Positions 47,953 through 57,290 of a stretch of DNA of 64,000 bases are shown here, piece after piece. Source of the stretch: an uncultured Verrucomicrobiae bacterium (GTDB taxonomy: Bacteria > Verrucomicrobiota > Verrucomicrobiia > Chthoniobacterales > Terrimicrobiaceae); contig CAVPOC010000008.1 in NCBI GenBank assembly GCA_963706955.1, positions 544,001 to 608,000 of the forward strand, read 5' to 3'. The notes under the pieces were generated by a model. It saw nothing but the letters and a program-made list of their open reading frames with translations. It was not told where the DNA came from and ran no database searches. How positions within the stretch are numbered: position 1 is the stretch's first letter; each line of letters begins with the position of its first letter. The position numbers and the translations under genes are program-made.

Positions 47953-48975
47953 TCACGGAAGCGTCCAGGGTTTGAAGTAGTCGAGAAGAATGAGCGACGA
48001 GCCACCAGAGGAGCGTCGAGACGACTCAAGGACGGCGGGAAAGTCTGTCATTGGTCCAAAGACAAACCCGCGCGAGAGAGGACGAAAGAAATCGTCCTGA
48101 TGACTGGGAAGAACATATCGAGGTCGCAACTGTTCCAAAATTTCGGCAAATCGCTTTCGGGAGTCTGGGAGCGCCACTCCGAGGATCGCCAGATCGATTC
48201 GCCCGAGCGATGGCGGTAAGGCGCCGTTGGGTCTGCCGCCGGCTGCGATGTAGATTCGCCGCCCACCGATCTCGATTAAGAAAGCGAGCGGCTCTCCGCA
48301 GACCCAATCTCCGGCTGCCCGCGGCGGCAGACGGCGAGGTGGTCCATCGAAGGGAACACGGCCAAAAAGGCGGTCATGCTTTGCTGGGAGGACGCTTACG
48401 GTGGCTCCACGGAGAGAGACCTTCTCTCCAGCAGTAACGACCATGCACTTTTCCGATGGAACGCCCGCCGACCGCGCCAGTTGAATGCTGGTGGAAGAAG
48501 CGATCAGCCTCGCACCTGTGAGAGCGACGACCTCAGGGACATCGAGCAGATGATCGAAATGGCCGTGGGTCACCATGACGGCGTCGATTCTGCGCACCGG
48601 CAAGTATCGCTCGATTAGCTGGCGACTCGAGGAGACCGGAAGATTCATCGCGGCGCGAAAAAGCCTAATGCGCGAAAAGTAGGGGTCGATCAGCAGCGCC
48701 GCGTCGCGCGATTGTAGCAGATAAGCATTGGTTCCCAAATAGGCGATGCGCACTCCTGTTTTCGGTGGCGCAAACGACACATCTTGATCCGCGACGATCA
48801 AGTCGCGATAGCGCTGCAAGCCGGCGTGAAGCTCCTCCCTTGTCATCCAGAGGCCTAGAACGACCAGAATCCCGATCAGCCTCACAGATCGGCGAATTGC
48901 CGATTTCGCTGCTCTGACAACACATTCGAGACTGGCGCCGTCCCTTCTCTCTAGCTGGTTCTTCGATTTGCTCAT
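47953..48975 (-). CDS. MBL-fold metallo-hydrolase
   Basis: LIDPYFSR, THGHFDH, PSHQDDF; start uncertain. Confidence 0.85.
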   Translation of the reverse strand: MSKSKNQLERRDGASLECVVRAAKSAIRRSVRLIGILVVLGLWMTREELHAGLQRYRDLIVADQDVSFAPPKTGVRIAYLGTNAYLLQSRDAALLIDPYFSRIRLFRAAMNLPVSSSRQLIERYLPVRRIDAVMVTHGHFDHLLDVPEVVALTGARLIASSTSIQLARSAGVPSEKCMVVTAGEKVSLRGATVSVLPAKHDRLFGRVPFDGPPRRLPPRAAGDWVCGEPLAFLIEIGGRRIYIAAGGRPNGALPPSLGRIDLAILGVALPDSRKRFAEILEQLRPRYVLPSHQDDFFRPLSRGFVFGPMTDFPAVLESSRRSSGGSSLILLDYFKPWTLP

Positions 48976-49700
48976 ACAAGCGCGCGAAAAGCTCCGTAGA
49001 AGCGGAAAGGGTCGGTGTAAAGATGTTCCAAGCTTCGGAAGCCCCCTTCGAAAGCTATCCGTTCGAAGGTCCTTAGATTCTCGGGAAAGTCATACTGTGA
49101 AACATGCTCCCAAATGATTTTCCTTTCCTCGGAAGTGAACGCTTGCCAGTCGTGTTCAAGGGAAGCCTTCCAGCGATCAAGAAATTCTTCGCGCGTCTCC
49201 TGGCCATCGAGCATCGGTTCGAAGAAAATCCATTCGCCGCCTGCGCTAAGTGCGCGGCAAATTTGCGGTGCGAAGGCAACTTTGGCTTTGCTATCCAAGT
49301 GATGAAACGAGAAGCCAACAAAAATGATGTCCCACCGGCGGGAGGCTGCGTTAACATACTCCTGAAAGTCCTGGTGTATTACCTGCGTCGCGCACCCGAG
49401 TGAATGAGCGTTATCGAAAGCGACGGAGAGGGCGGGCTCCGAGAGGTCGACCGCGATGTATTCGCTGACGTTCGTTCCACGAAGAGCGGCAACGGAACAA
49501 CCCGCGTCCCCACAGGCGAGATCGAGCAACGAAAACGGCGCGCTTCGCGCCTTGAGCAGGTCGTGTAAAATTCCAAAGAGCGCGCGATGCGACATATAGT
49601 CCGCCTCAACGACGCGGCGATACATCGCCTGCTGCGCCACAAAAATCGCGAGTCCGCCATCGCTTCGAGATTCGGGGGTCAGACCCATCCCGACAGTCAA
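48972..49700 (-). CDS. Class I SAM-dependent methyltransferase
   Basis: LLDLACGDA, VDLS, FSFHHL. Confidence 0.85.
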   Translation of the reverse strand: MTVGMGLTPESRSDGGLAIFVAQQAMYRRVVEADYMSHRALFGILHDLLKARSAPFSLLDLACGDAGCSVAALRGTNVSEYIAVDLSEPALSVAFDNAHSLGCATQVIHQDFQEYVNAASRRWDIIFVGFSFHHLDSKAKVAFAPQICRALSAGGEWIFFEPMLDGQETREEFLDRWKASLEHDWQAFTSEERKIIWEHVSQYDFPENLRTFERIAFEGGFRSLEHLYTDPFRFYGAFRALV

Positions 49701-49780
49701 GCAGACGCGAAGCGTCCGGTAAACTCTCCTCCTTCATTCGCTGCCGCCCGCACCTTCGGCCCACAAAGGAGCCGCGGCAA

Positions 49781-49862
49781 TGCCCGGAGAGGGACTCGAA
49801 CCCACAAGGATTGCTCCACCAGATCCTAAGTCTGGCGCGTCTGCCAATTCCGCCACCCGGGC
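49781..49862 (-). tRNA. tRNA-Leu(TAG)
   Basis: Cloverleaf with long variable arm, anticodon TAG. Confidence 0.96.
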
Positions 49863-49993
49863 CTACTAATCACCAATCGCGCGTCGATAGACGATACGCT
49901 TACAATATAACGCGAGACAATGCCACCCCTACTCGCGTCGTTGATGGCAACGATAACGATCTGACGAGCAGCGGCGCCCGCCGCTCGAAATTT

Positions 49994-50365
49994 CTATAAA
50001 ACGGCAGAATGCTTTAACGGGCGCTTCCTGTGGTATTTCCGACGCAGGTTGACTTCACAGATGATGAGCGGCTTTCGGTTTTTTTCGAGAATGTCCTGAA
50101 TGCCTTCTACGCAAGCCTCTACCACTTGCGACTGGCTGCGGTTCAGCTCGTCGGCCAACTCAGTCACCTTCTGCTTGCACTGCGACGTTACATTGACGAT
50201 GTGCGAACCGTTGCCTTCGTGCTCTGCAGGCGCGATAAACTCGCTGATCGCGTGACGAACGATATCCGACAGTCTCTCGCCCTTGCCGCGAGCAACCGCG
50301 ATCTCAAGCAATCGCTCGCGCTGCCCATCTTCTAGACGAACACGTAGCTGGTTGCTCTTAGGCAT
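49994..50365 (-). CDS. Putative tandem ribbon-helix-helix DNA-binding protein
   Basis: Two RHH-like patterns: LRVRL...LSDIVRHAISEFI and IVNV...RSQSQVVEACV. Confidence 0.6.
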   Translation of the reverse strand: MPKSNQLRVRLEDGQRERLLEIAVARGKGERLSDIVRHAISEFIAPAEHEGNGSHIVNVTSQCKQKVTELADELNRSQSQVVEACVEGIQDILEKNRKPLIICEVNLRRKYHRKRPLKHSAVL

Positions 50366-50422
50366 CTAAGTGTGATAAGGTAAAACTAAACAATTGCAAC
50401 ATTTTGTAAGCATCACCTCGGT

Positions 50423-51946
50423 TTAGGCAGCTGCTAAGGAAAAGCGAACCGCATGGTTGATGTCGTCGGTGAATTCAGCACTGCCCTCGTTGACATCCGG
50501 TTCGTAGAAGAGAACCGCATTCTCCGCGGTTCGTCCCTTCCCCAGGCGTAACCTTAGCGCTTTGACGTTCTTCGCCTGGGCTTGAACCGCACAGTCTCTA
50601 ATGGCCTGACCATCTGCATCGGAGATCTGAACACGAGGTAACGCAGCGGTTCCGGGGGAGATTTCGTTATCGACGAGAACCGGCACTGGCAGCGAGTCGA
50701 GAACTGCCTTCAGGTCCAAAGTACTCGGGGCGCCTTGACTTTCCTCATGCTTAGATCCGCGAGGCCCCCAGAAGACCGCGATTTTGCCATCGGCAAGCTT
50801 GGTCGCGAGGCAGGAAATCGTCGCCTGCGACTCGAAATCGATCCATGATTTCTCGACAAAGCTTCCTTTCAAAGCAAAGGCGATGACCTCCCGCGCGTAG
50901 CTATTGTGAATCGCCCTGAAATAATCTCCGTCTCGGGGTTCACTGCCTAAGAGCGCAGTCGCACCCGCTACGCTCAGAATTCGACCCTCTTGACTTATCG
51001 TGAGAATGCCGAATTTCAGCGCAGCAAAGGCTTCAAATAGATTCTTGGTTTGATGGTTTTGAGAGTCCCGTTCGAAGGCTGCCGCCACGTTTGTCGTCAG
51101 CAAATATCCGGCAACCTGGAGATCATCGAGCAGATCATCGGTGCAACGAGCGGCGTCGACTCCGAACGCCAGCCATCCGAGCAGCCGCGCCTCCTTCACC
51201 ATGGGGAGCAGCAGATTGCAATTGCGGTTGGCCAGATAGTTGAAAAGCGGAAGGGAGGCTCGATTTTCAAGTTCCTCCGTGGTGAGCGGATGGGCGCGCT
51301 TCTTGATCAAGCGGATAACCTCCTGAGAAGGTGCGCATTCTCGCCCACGAGATTTTCGCTCGGCGTAGGTTTCCGGCTCGACGTAGATGCGCCGGAAGGC
51401 ATTCTTCTCGACGTTCCGCAAAAATACTTCCACTCGGTCGGCCCGCAAGTCCCAACACAACTGCCGTGCCGCAGCGATGAGGACGGCCTGCGGCGTCTGG
51501 ACGTCGCCGGCCGCACGCGCGAGGGTGTGATCAAGAGGACTCGATATTCTGCGGGTTTGACGCCTCGGCTCGTGCCTTCGTGAAGGTGGAAAATTGTCTG
51601 TTGGGTGCGAGACGAGGTGCTGGCGGACGGCGTTGAGGACTTGATCCGGGGAGGAGGAAAGCCGGCCGGCATAACCGTTCAACTCGATCTTCGATTCTCC
51701 TAAGCCATCGACGACAAAGGTGGGAACGTCTTCGAGACGGACCTGAACTTGGTGCGCCTTCTCGAGCGTTTCATCGTCGATGACAACGCAAAGGGCTACG
51801 TCCGGCTGACGGAAGAGGGGGGCCCGCAATTCGTCGTATGAGCGAAGTTGGACCTCTGCAATTGATTCCAGGGCTTCTGCCACGTTAAGGGCGGAGCGGA
51901 GGCCATTGTGATCGTAAGCAACTATAATGGAGTGAGCGTGATTCAT
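50423..51946 (-). CDS. Hypothetical sensor-like protein (degenerate receiver-, GAF- and PAS-like segments)
   Basis: 507 aa; LLLPMVKEARLLGWLAFG is GAF-like, GILTISQEGRI..ATALLG is PAS-like; start overlaps the upstream stop. Confidence 0.55.
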   Translation of the reverse strand: MNHAHSIIVAYDHNGLRSALNVAEALESIAEVQLRSYDELRAPLFRQPDVALCVVIDDETLEKAHQVQVRLEDVPTFVVDGLGESKIELNGYAGRLSSSPDQVLNAVRQHLVSHPTDNFPPSRRHEPRRQTRRISSPLDHTLARAAGDVQTPQAVLIAAARQLCWDLRADRVEVFLRNVEKNAFRRIYVEPETYAERKSRGRECAPSQEVIRLIKKRAHPLTTEELENRASLPLFNYLANRNCNLLLPMVKEARLLGWLAFGVDAARCTDDLLDDLQVAGYLLTTNVAAAFERDSQNHQTKNLFEAFAALKFGILTISQEGRILSVAGATALLGSEPRDGDYFRAIHNSYAREVIAFALKGSFVEKSWIDFESQATISCLATKLADGKIAVFWGPRGSKHEESQGAPSTLDLKAVLDSLPVPVLVDNEISPGTAALPRVQISDADGQAIRDCAVQAQAKNVKALRLRLGKGRTAENAVLFYEPDVNEGSAEFTDDINHAVRFSLAAA

Positions 51947-53247
51947 ACTAAGACATTACTGAGGTTGGGATTGTATATCATTAACTTGAAGTTCCGGTTA
52001 TCCTTAGGGAAAGTCGCCAGCTTTGCCTGTGGCGCTCTCAAGAGCAAAGTGACATTGGCCCCCCCGATACCATGCGCATTCAGCAAAGCTGTTTCGGGAA
52101 ATGAATACCTGGCAGTTTCGCGAACGAAGTCGAGGGCTTCGGGGATGGGCACATCCAGATTAGCGGTGGGCGGCACAACTCCATCGCGAAAGGAAAAGAT
52201 CGCCGCAGCAACCTGCAATGGTCCGGCCGCAGCCAAAGGATTTCCAATGGCTCCTTTGATCGAATAAACGGGAACGTGGGCCGCCTGGCGACCGAGCGTT
52301 TCCACAAGGATTTGCGCCTCGATGCGGTCAATGACCGGATGCCCCGGACCCCACGCCGAGATCGAATCGATCGTGGCTGGGCTCCATCCAGCATTGTCTA
52401 AAGCTTTCTGGATTGAAGTGGACCATCCACTCCCGGGCACGTCCTTCTCCGTATCGAGGTGGGAACCATACCCGGCGATCTCCGCGAGAATGGAAGCCCC
52501 CCTCCTCAGGGCGGACTGCTTCTCCTCGATCAGGAAGAGACCGGCGCCTTCGGCGCATACCCCGCTGTCGGCAAAAACGTCGAATGGCCGACTGGCCTTC
52601 TCAGGGCAGGAATTCCGGATCGATGAGAATCCGCTTCTGACGAATTCGGCGAGTGGGGTCAAACCGATAGCGCAATCAGCTCCCCCGGCGATCGCCTGAT
52701 CGGTTGCACCTGTGGCGATATCGCGAGCAGCTAGCCCAATGGCTTCCAAACCGGCGGCGCAGGCCGTGGAAACGGTTAATACATCGCCCGAACTTTCCAG
52801 GTATCGCGCGATTGCCCCCGCAGCGGCATGAGGTGGACTTTGCGAAGCCGCGTACGGAGAGGCCGCCGATCCCCCTTTCTGGCTGCGTGCAATGCCTGAT
52901 TCGCTAATCATTGAGGTGCAACTCGTCGCCACCCCGAGTCTAATCGAAGGCCGCTGCCCCAACTGTTTAACCTCATCTTTGATCTGGCGCGCTGCCCACA
53001 GTAAGAGTTGTGTGTGCCGCGCGACACGCTTGGGCCTAAGTTCTGCCGGAAACAGAGAAAGGTCGAAGGGTGGCACCTCCCCCCCAAAGGAGCATCCCGA
53101 TTCCGAGGTATCCAGGCGTCTGATTTTGCCGATTACCGTCCGCCCTGTCCTAATGATCTCCCAAAACGATTCTGGCTCAAGGGCGCCTGGCGCTGCCAAT
53201 CCCATGGCGGTGATGACGGCAACACGTGGGCGAGTTATGCCATGCAT
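51943..53247 (-). CDS. Beta-ketoacyl synthase (FabF-like) with non-canonical active site
   Basis: VITAMG, STACAAG, SRPFD, EGAG, PPTAN, GIGGAN. Confidence 0.88.
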   Translation of the reverse strand: MHGITRPRVAVITAMGLAAPGALEPESFWEIIRTGRTVIGKIRRLDTSESGCSFGGEVPPFDLSLFPAELRPKRVARHTQLLLWAARQIKDEVKQLGQRPSIRLGVATSCTSMISESGIARSQKGGSAASPYAASQSPPHAAAGAIARYLESSGDVLTVSTACAAGLEAIGLAARDIATGATDQAIAGGADCAIGLTPLAEFVRSGFSSIRNSCPEKASRPFDVFADSGVCAEGAGLFLIEEKQSALRRGASILAEIAGYGSHLDTEKDVPGSGWSTSIQKALDNAGWSPATIDSISAWGPGHPVIDRIEAQILVETLGRQAAHVPVYSIKGAIGNPLAAAGPLQVAAAIFSFRDGVVPPTANLDVPIPEALDFVRETARYSFPETALLNAHGIGGANVTLLLRAPQAKLATFPKDNRNFKLMIYNPNLSNVLV

Positions 53248-54752
53248 AGTTCTGTCTCCAACAGTTTCTCCGTGCCGAGTCTCGGCTCGTTTTGCCAGAG
53301 CGGTTCATAGCGGGAAGGCGCCATGCACTCGCTCGGATCGAAGGTCCGCTGTATTCCAGAAAGAATCCGCGGCCACGGCCGCTCCATTCGCGGAATCTGA
53401 TCGCCCTGGGCCAGGCCAAGACGATACGGGATCAATCCACTCCGCAGGTAAGTCTCGAGCAAGTCGTCAGCCGCTTGCCGAGCGATCCTAGTTGCTCGGG
53501 CGCAACGACGGTCAAACCCGAGCGAGACGATGAAGGCAGCCTGGCGCGCAGTTACCGCGTTGATGGAAAGCGGAATTGTCTCATAGCCATATCGCCGGAG
53601 CGTTGTCATCGTTTGCCTTTCGATAGCGCTGACCATCTCCCCACAAAGCGGTAACATCGGCGTAACGTGGATGAGACCGGCGCCACTCGCCTCCAAAGAC
53701 ACCCCCGTCGGAGCGGCGCGTCCAAAGACACTGAAAGATACGCTCGCCAGCGTCAGATCTGAAGGGTGACCAAACACCAAATTACTTAGCTTCACCCTTT
53801 CTTGATTGCTTAGAACCTCGACCGACCCCAGCGACGCCAAAGAAGAGGTTAGGTATTCCGCCGAAGCGGCAAACACCGCTGTCGATCCACGTATCGGAAT
53901 AAGCGCCGTCCACGGCGCGGCGCTCGAGCGAAGCTCAGCTGCTTGAGTATCCGTCAGGTGCGGGCACAGCGTCGTAACAATCCGCTCTCGATTGAAAATA
54001 TGAGGCACGCCAGAACAGGCTCCCTCCGCCATCAAATCGGAAATGGTTGAAATTAGATCGGCGAGTTGATCGCCGCTGCTCAGCCGGCAGAGCACTCCTC
54101 CCATCATTGTCGGACGTCGGTGAAGCGCGATGGTCGCCGCAGTGACCACGCCGAAGTTGCTTTGACAGAAGAGCGCCGTCGGGTCCGGACCCAATCCACT
54201 AAGACCCGCTCTGGTGCGCGACAACATCCCGAATCGGGACGTGTGGGCGAGCTCGCCAGTCGGCAAGACAACCTCCAAGTCCAACAAATCAAGGTGGCGC
54301 TGGCCGGAGTAGCCAATCCCCCGCTCTAAGGCGTTACCCAGAACACTCGCCCCAAGCCCGGCCCCTGTGACATTGAAATAGTGACTGCCCCCTTCGTGCT
54401 CGAGGGCATCGTCTAGCTGGCCCTGTGTAACGCCGGGTTCAATCTCCGCACAATGCATCTTCAAATTGAAAGCCCGGATCCTTCGAAGCGCCGACAAGTT
54501 CAAAGTGTAGACATCGTCTGTCGTCGCGAGATCGGAACCGAAGCCCCAATTTCGACCGCATGAAAGTGGTTGCAATTTGACGGCGCCTCTGGCCCGTGAG
54601 GCCGCTGCGACAATACGCTGCACATCGGCCACACACTGCGGAGTCAGCACGCCGGCACTATGGCGGCGATGTCCACATAAAGACTCCGCCATCGCCCCCG
54701 GAGCTAACCAGCGACTCACTTCATCTGCAAAAACCTTCTTCGAACTACGCAT
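53235..54752 (-). CDS. FAD-binding oxidoreductase, VAO/PCMH (p-cresol methylhydroxylase flavoprotein-like)
   Basis: SCGRNWGFGS, IEPGVTQGQL, GNALERGIGY, GPDP..LFCQSNFGVVT, PYRL, FDP..MAPSRY. Confidence 0.85.
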   Translation of the reverse strand: MRSSKKVFADEVSRWLAPGAMAESLCGHRRHSAGVLTPQCVADVQRIVAAASRARGAVKLQPLSCGRNWGFGSDLATTDDVYTLNLSALRRIRAFNLKMHCAEIEPGVTQGQLDDALEHEGGSHYFNVTGAGLGASVLGNALERGIGYSGQRHLDLLDLEVVLPTGELAHTSRFGMLSRTRAGLSGLGPDPTALFCQSNFGVVTAATIALHRRPTMMGGVLCRLSSGDQLADLISTISDLMAEGACSGVPHIFNRERIVTTLCPHLTDTQAAELRSSAAPWTALIPIRGSTAVFAASAEYLTSSLASLGSVEVLSNQERVKLSNLVFGHPSDLTLASVSFSVFGRAAPTGVSLEASGAGLIHVTPMLPLCGEMVSAIERQTMTTLRRYGYETIPLSINAVTARQAAFIVSLGFDRRCARATRIARQAADDLLETYLRSGLIPYRLGLAQGDQIPRMERPWPRILSGIQRTFDPSECMAPSRYEPLWQNEPRLGTEKLLETELCMA

Positions 54753-55006
54753 ATCTCTTTAGGTAATCTCTTCACTCGTTTTCGCCCGCGTCGGGAAGGC
54801 AGCCTTCGACAGTTGCGAATCACACCGACAAGACCGTTCACCGCGGGGGGCTAAGACGAGTCAATCTGATTAGAATTTCGCCCTTCTAAGGCTCAGTTTG
54901 CAGGTGCGTCACCGCTAATTTTCTGTAGCGTGCCTTGTCGTTTTGTTTCCTTTGATGCACAAATAGGGCACATTTGTATCACAAACATGTTATCTGCAAT
55001 ACACCT

Positions 55007-55627
55007 ATGACAAGTGAGTTACACGGAGAGAGTCTCGGACGCTGGGCTCGGCGTTGTGGAATTACATATCGGACCGCGTGGCGTTGGTTTCGCGACGACA
55101 AATTGCCGGAAGACGTGATTGCCGAGCGGATGCCCACCGGAACGATCCTGATCCGTGACGGCCGAACTCTAAGGAGTGTGGAGCAAGATAAGACCGCGGT
55201 AATTTATGCACGGATTAATGCTCGCCAGGAACCCTCGGTGTTGGCGGAGCAGATCGCTATGTGTCAGGACTTCTGTGTGGCGCGAGGATGGACGATCACC
55301 CGGGTGATTCGGGAGATTGCCCCCGGAGTTGGACTTCAACGAACAAAGTTGACGCGGCTCATTGAGCAGCGGGCGCCAAGAGTCGTCGTGGCGAAACCAA
55401 GTGTCTTGAGCCGCTTTGACTATCGGCTCTGTGAGGCTCTCTGGCAGAACCTTGCCTCAGAGCTTGTGATTGTGAACCAAGCCGAGGAGATCGGTGGGGA
55501 GGGTGGCGCGCTCGAAGATTTGACCGACGCAATAAACATTATTTGTCATCGTCACTATGGACCGAAACGCGGCGGCGCGCTGGTCGAGCTGCTCAGCCGA
55601 GTCATTCACGGAACGCTCTCTGTTTAA
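55007..55627 (+). CDS. IS607-family TnpA-like protein (wHTH plus serine-recombinase domain), catalytic Ser absent
   Basis: WARRCGITYRTAWRWF...PTGTILI, YARIN, EIAPG, LSRF, HYG. Confidence 0.85.
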   Translation: MTSELHGESLGRWARRCGITYRTAWRWFRDDKLPEDVIAERMPTGTILIRDGRTLRSVEQDKTAVIYARINARQEPSVLAEQIAMCQDFCVARGWTITRVIREIAPGVGLQRTKLTRLIEQRAPRVVVAKPSVLSRFDYRLCEALWQNLASELVIVNQAEEIGGEGGALEDLTDAINIICHRHYGPKRGGALVELLSRVIHGTLSV

Positions 55628-55644
55628 TTCTTGCGTCGGCGGTC

Positions 55645-56808
55645 TCAAACAAGCCGCGCAAAAGCAGCAATCAACTCGTGGCGGGTCTTAAATCCCAACT
55701 TCTTATAAATGGAACTCAATTGGTTCCGCACGGTGATTTCGCTTTTCCCCAGTCTCTGGGCAATATCCCGATTGTGCAGACCTTGGGCGGCAAGCAGCGC
55801 GCAATCCCGTTCGCGTCGGGTCAACTGATTGAGCTTATCGGCAAGATTTGTCTCTTTCTTGGAAAGACGTTCTTCGTTGAGCGTCAGCAAAAAAGTTCCC
55901 TTCGATAACGATAGCGATCGTGAGGGCAAGAACTCGATGGAAGCGCTCAAGGCGGCATTCGTAGGATGTCGATAGCGAAACTGTATAGATCTGCGGCCGC
56001 CGGGAGTATGGCTCCATTTTTGCCGCATGATGTTCGGGCGCATTCGTTCGAGTTCGGCTAAGATGTCGCCGGGGACTTGAAGTCTTCGAGGAGCTTTGAA
56101 GATCGACGGGCTGCTCCCGTTCTTCCATTGAAAGCAAAGTTGGCTGGCAATGGCGTTGTTGTGCAAGACCTTTAGATTCCAATCGAGGATGATTGTCGCG
56201 GAAGGAAGCGAAGAGACAAAGTAGCGCAGAGACGATTGAAAGAGGCGGCTCTCTTGATGCCCGGCCATTCTGCGAATCACGCAAGCAAAGTGAGGCTGGA
56301 GGGCCTGCAGTTCCTGCATTTGCTCGTCCGTAAAGTTTCCCTGTTCTTTACTGCGCATCACTGTAAGTGTCGCCAGCCAAGTGGTGTCGCGCCAGGCGAC
56401 CACCGAAGCGCCAAACTCGCATTCACTCGGCAGGAGGAGCTTCTTATAGAAGATCGACCGGTGGAGCATGTTTTGCGGCGTGAAATCGGAGTGTCGCACC
56501 ACGGTGACTTGGGGGTTTACTGGACTTCGCCGCAACCAAATATCGTGCTTGTGGGTTTCGGCCATGTACTCGTCCACGAGCGGCTTCCACTTCAAAGGAA
56601 AAAAACGACACGGGAGTTCAAACTCCAACGGACGAAACAGCAAGATCAAAAAACGGTTAGGAATGCAGACGTCGACAAGCTCGAACGTTGCTTTGGCAAG
56701 CTTCGCACCATCATCGACTTCGTGGAGTCGAACTAAAAGCTCCTCCGCCGCACGATTGGTATGAAACGGAAGAAACGACACCTTTTGGTTCGTTTGCACC
56801 ATAGCCAT
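55645..56808 (-). CDS. LuxR-family HTH regulator with large N-terminal sensor region
   Basis: LTRRERDCALLAAQGLHNRDIAQRLGKSEITVRNQLSSIYKKLG; start uncertain. Confidence 0.9.
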   Translation of the reverse strand: MAMVQTNQKVSFLPFHTNRAAEELLVRLHEVDDGAKLAKATFELVDVCIPNRFLILLFRPLEFELPCRFFPLKWKPLVDEYMAETHKHDIWLRRSPVNPQVTVVRHSDFTPQNMLHRSIFYKKLLLPSECEFGASVVAWRDTTWLATLTVMRSKEQGNFTDEQMQELQALQPHFACVIRRMAGHQESRLFQSSLRYFVSSLPSATIILDWNLKVLHNNAIASQLCFQWKNGSSPSIFKAPRRLQVPGDILAELERMRPNIMRQKWSHTPGGRRSIQFRYRHPTNAALSASIEFLPSRSLSLSKGTFLLTLNEERLSKKETNLADKLNQLTRRERDCALLAAQGLHNRDIAQRLGKSEITVRNQLSSIYKKLGFKTRHELIAAFARLV

Positions 56809-57128
56809 CGTTCAATCTTCCTTTAGCATTCAACCTTAGCAGCGACAAGTGTTACATCTTGAGCCATGAGGGTGGCACCGAAGTGCCGGCGCCGCCAAGG
56901 GGTTGGCTTGCCGCCTTGCCAGCTGGAGAATTCGACGCCGCTCGACTAAGAGGAAAGCTCGAACCGGGGGAGACTCGGGCAAAGGAAGTGTGCAGCATTT
57001 GGTTCAAATGCACTATAGTCGGTGTCGCGGCGGTTGTTCTACTGTCATCGAAAAGGAACTCAACGATCGAATCGTGCCGCCTCGGAGACAAGAAAGATGT
57101 GGAAGCTTTTGGTTCATTTGCACCATAG
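56783..57128. promoter_or_regulatory. Three copies of a 22-bp imperfect palindrome WTTTGGTTCRWWTGCACYATAG
   Basis: 56783-56804, 56997-57018, 57107-57128. Confidence 0.75.
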
Positions 57129-57290
57129 CAGAATCGCCAGACTTCTCCATACTGGGACTTGAAATTCTTCTCGTCGTAGCCCGCGAAAGACCAGGAAGAG
57201 CGGGTGGAGAATTTAAGTAGCCCGATCGGAGTAGAGGCCGATGCGGATAGCGTTTCGGGATTGGGACCCAACAAGAAAGGACACGCCCCC

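Noticed and set aside
56783..57128. CRISPR-like reading of the three repeats
   Set aside because: Spacers are 192 and 88 bp, the repeats are imperfect and there are no cas genes.
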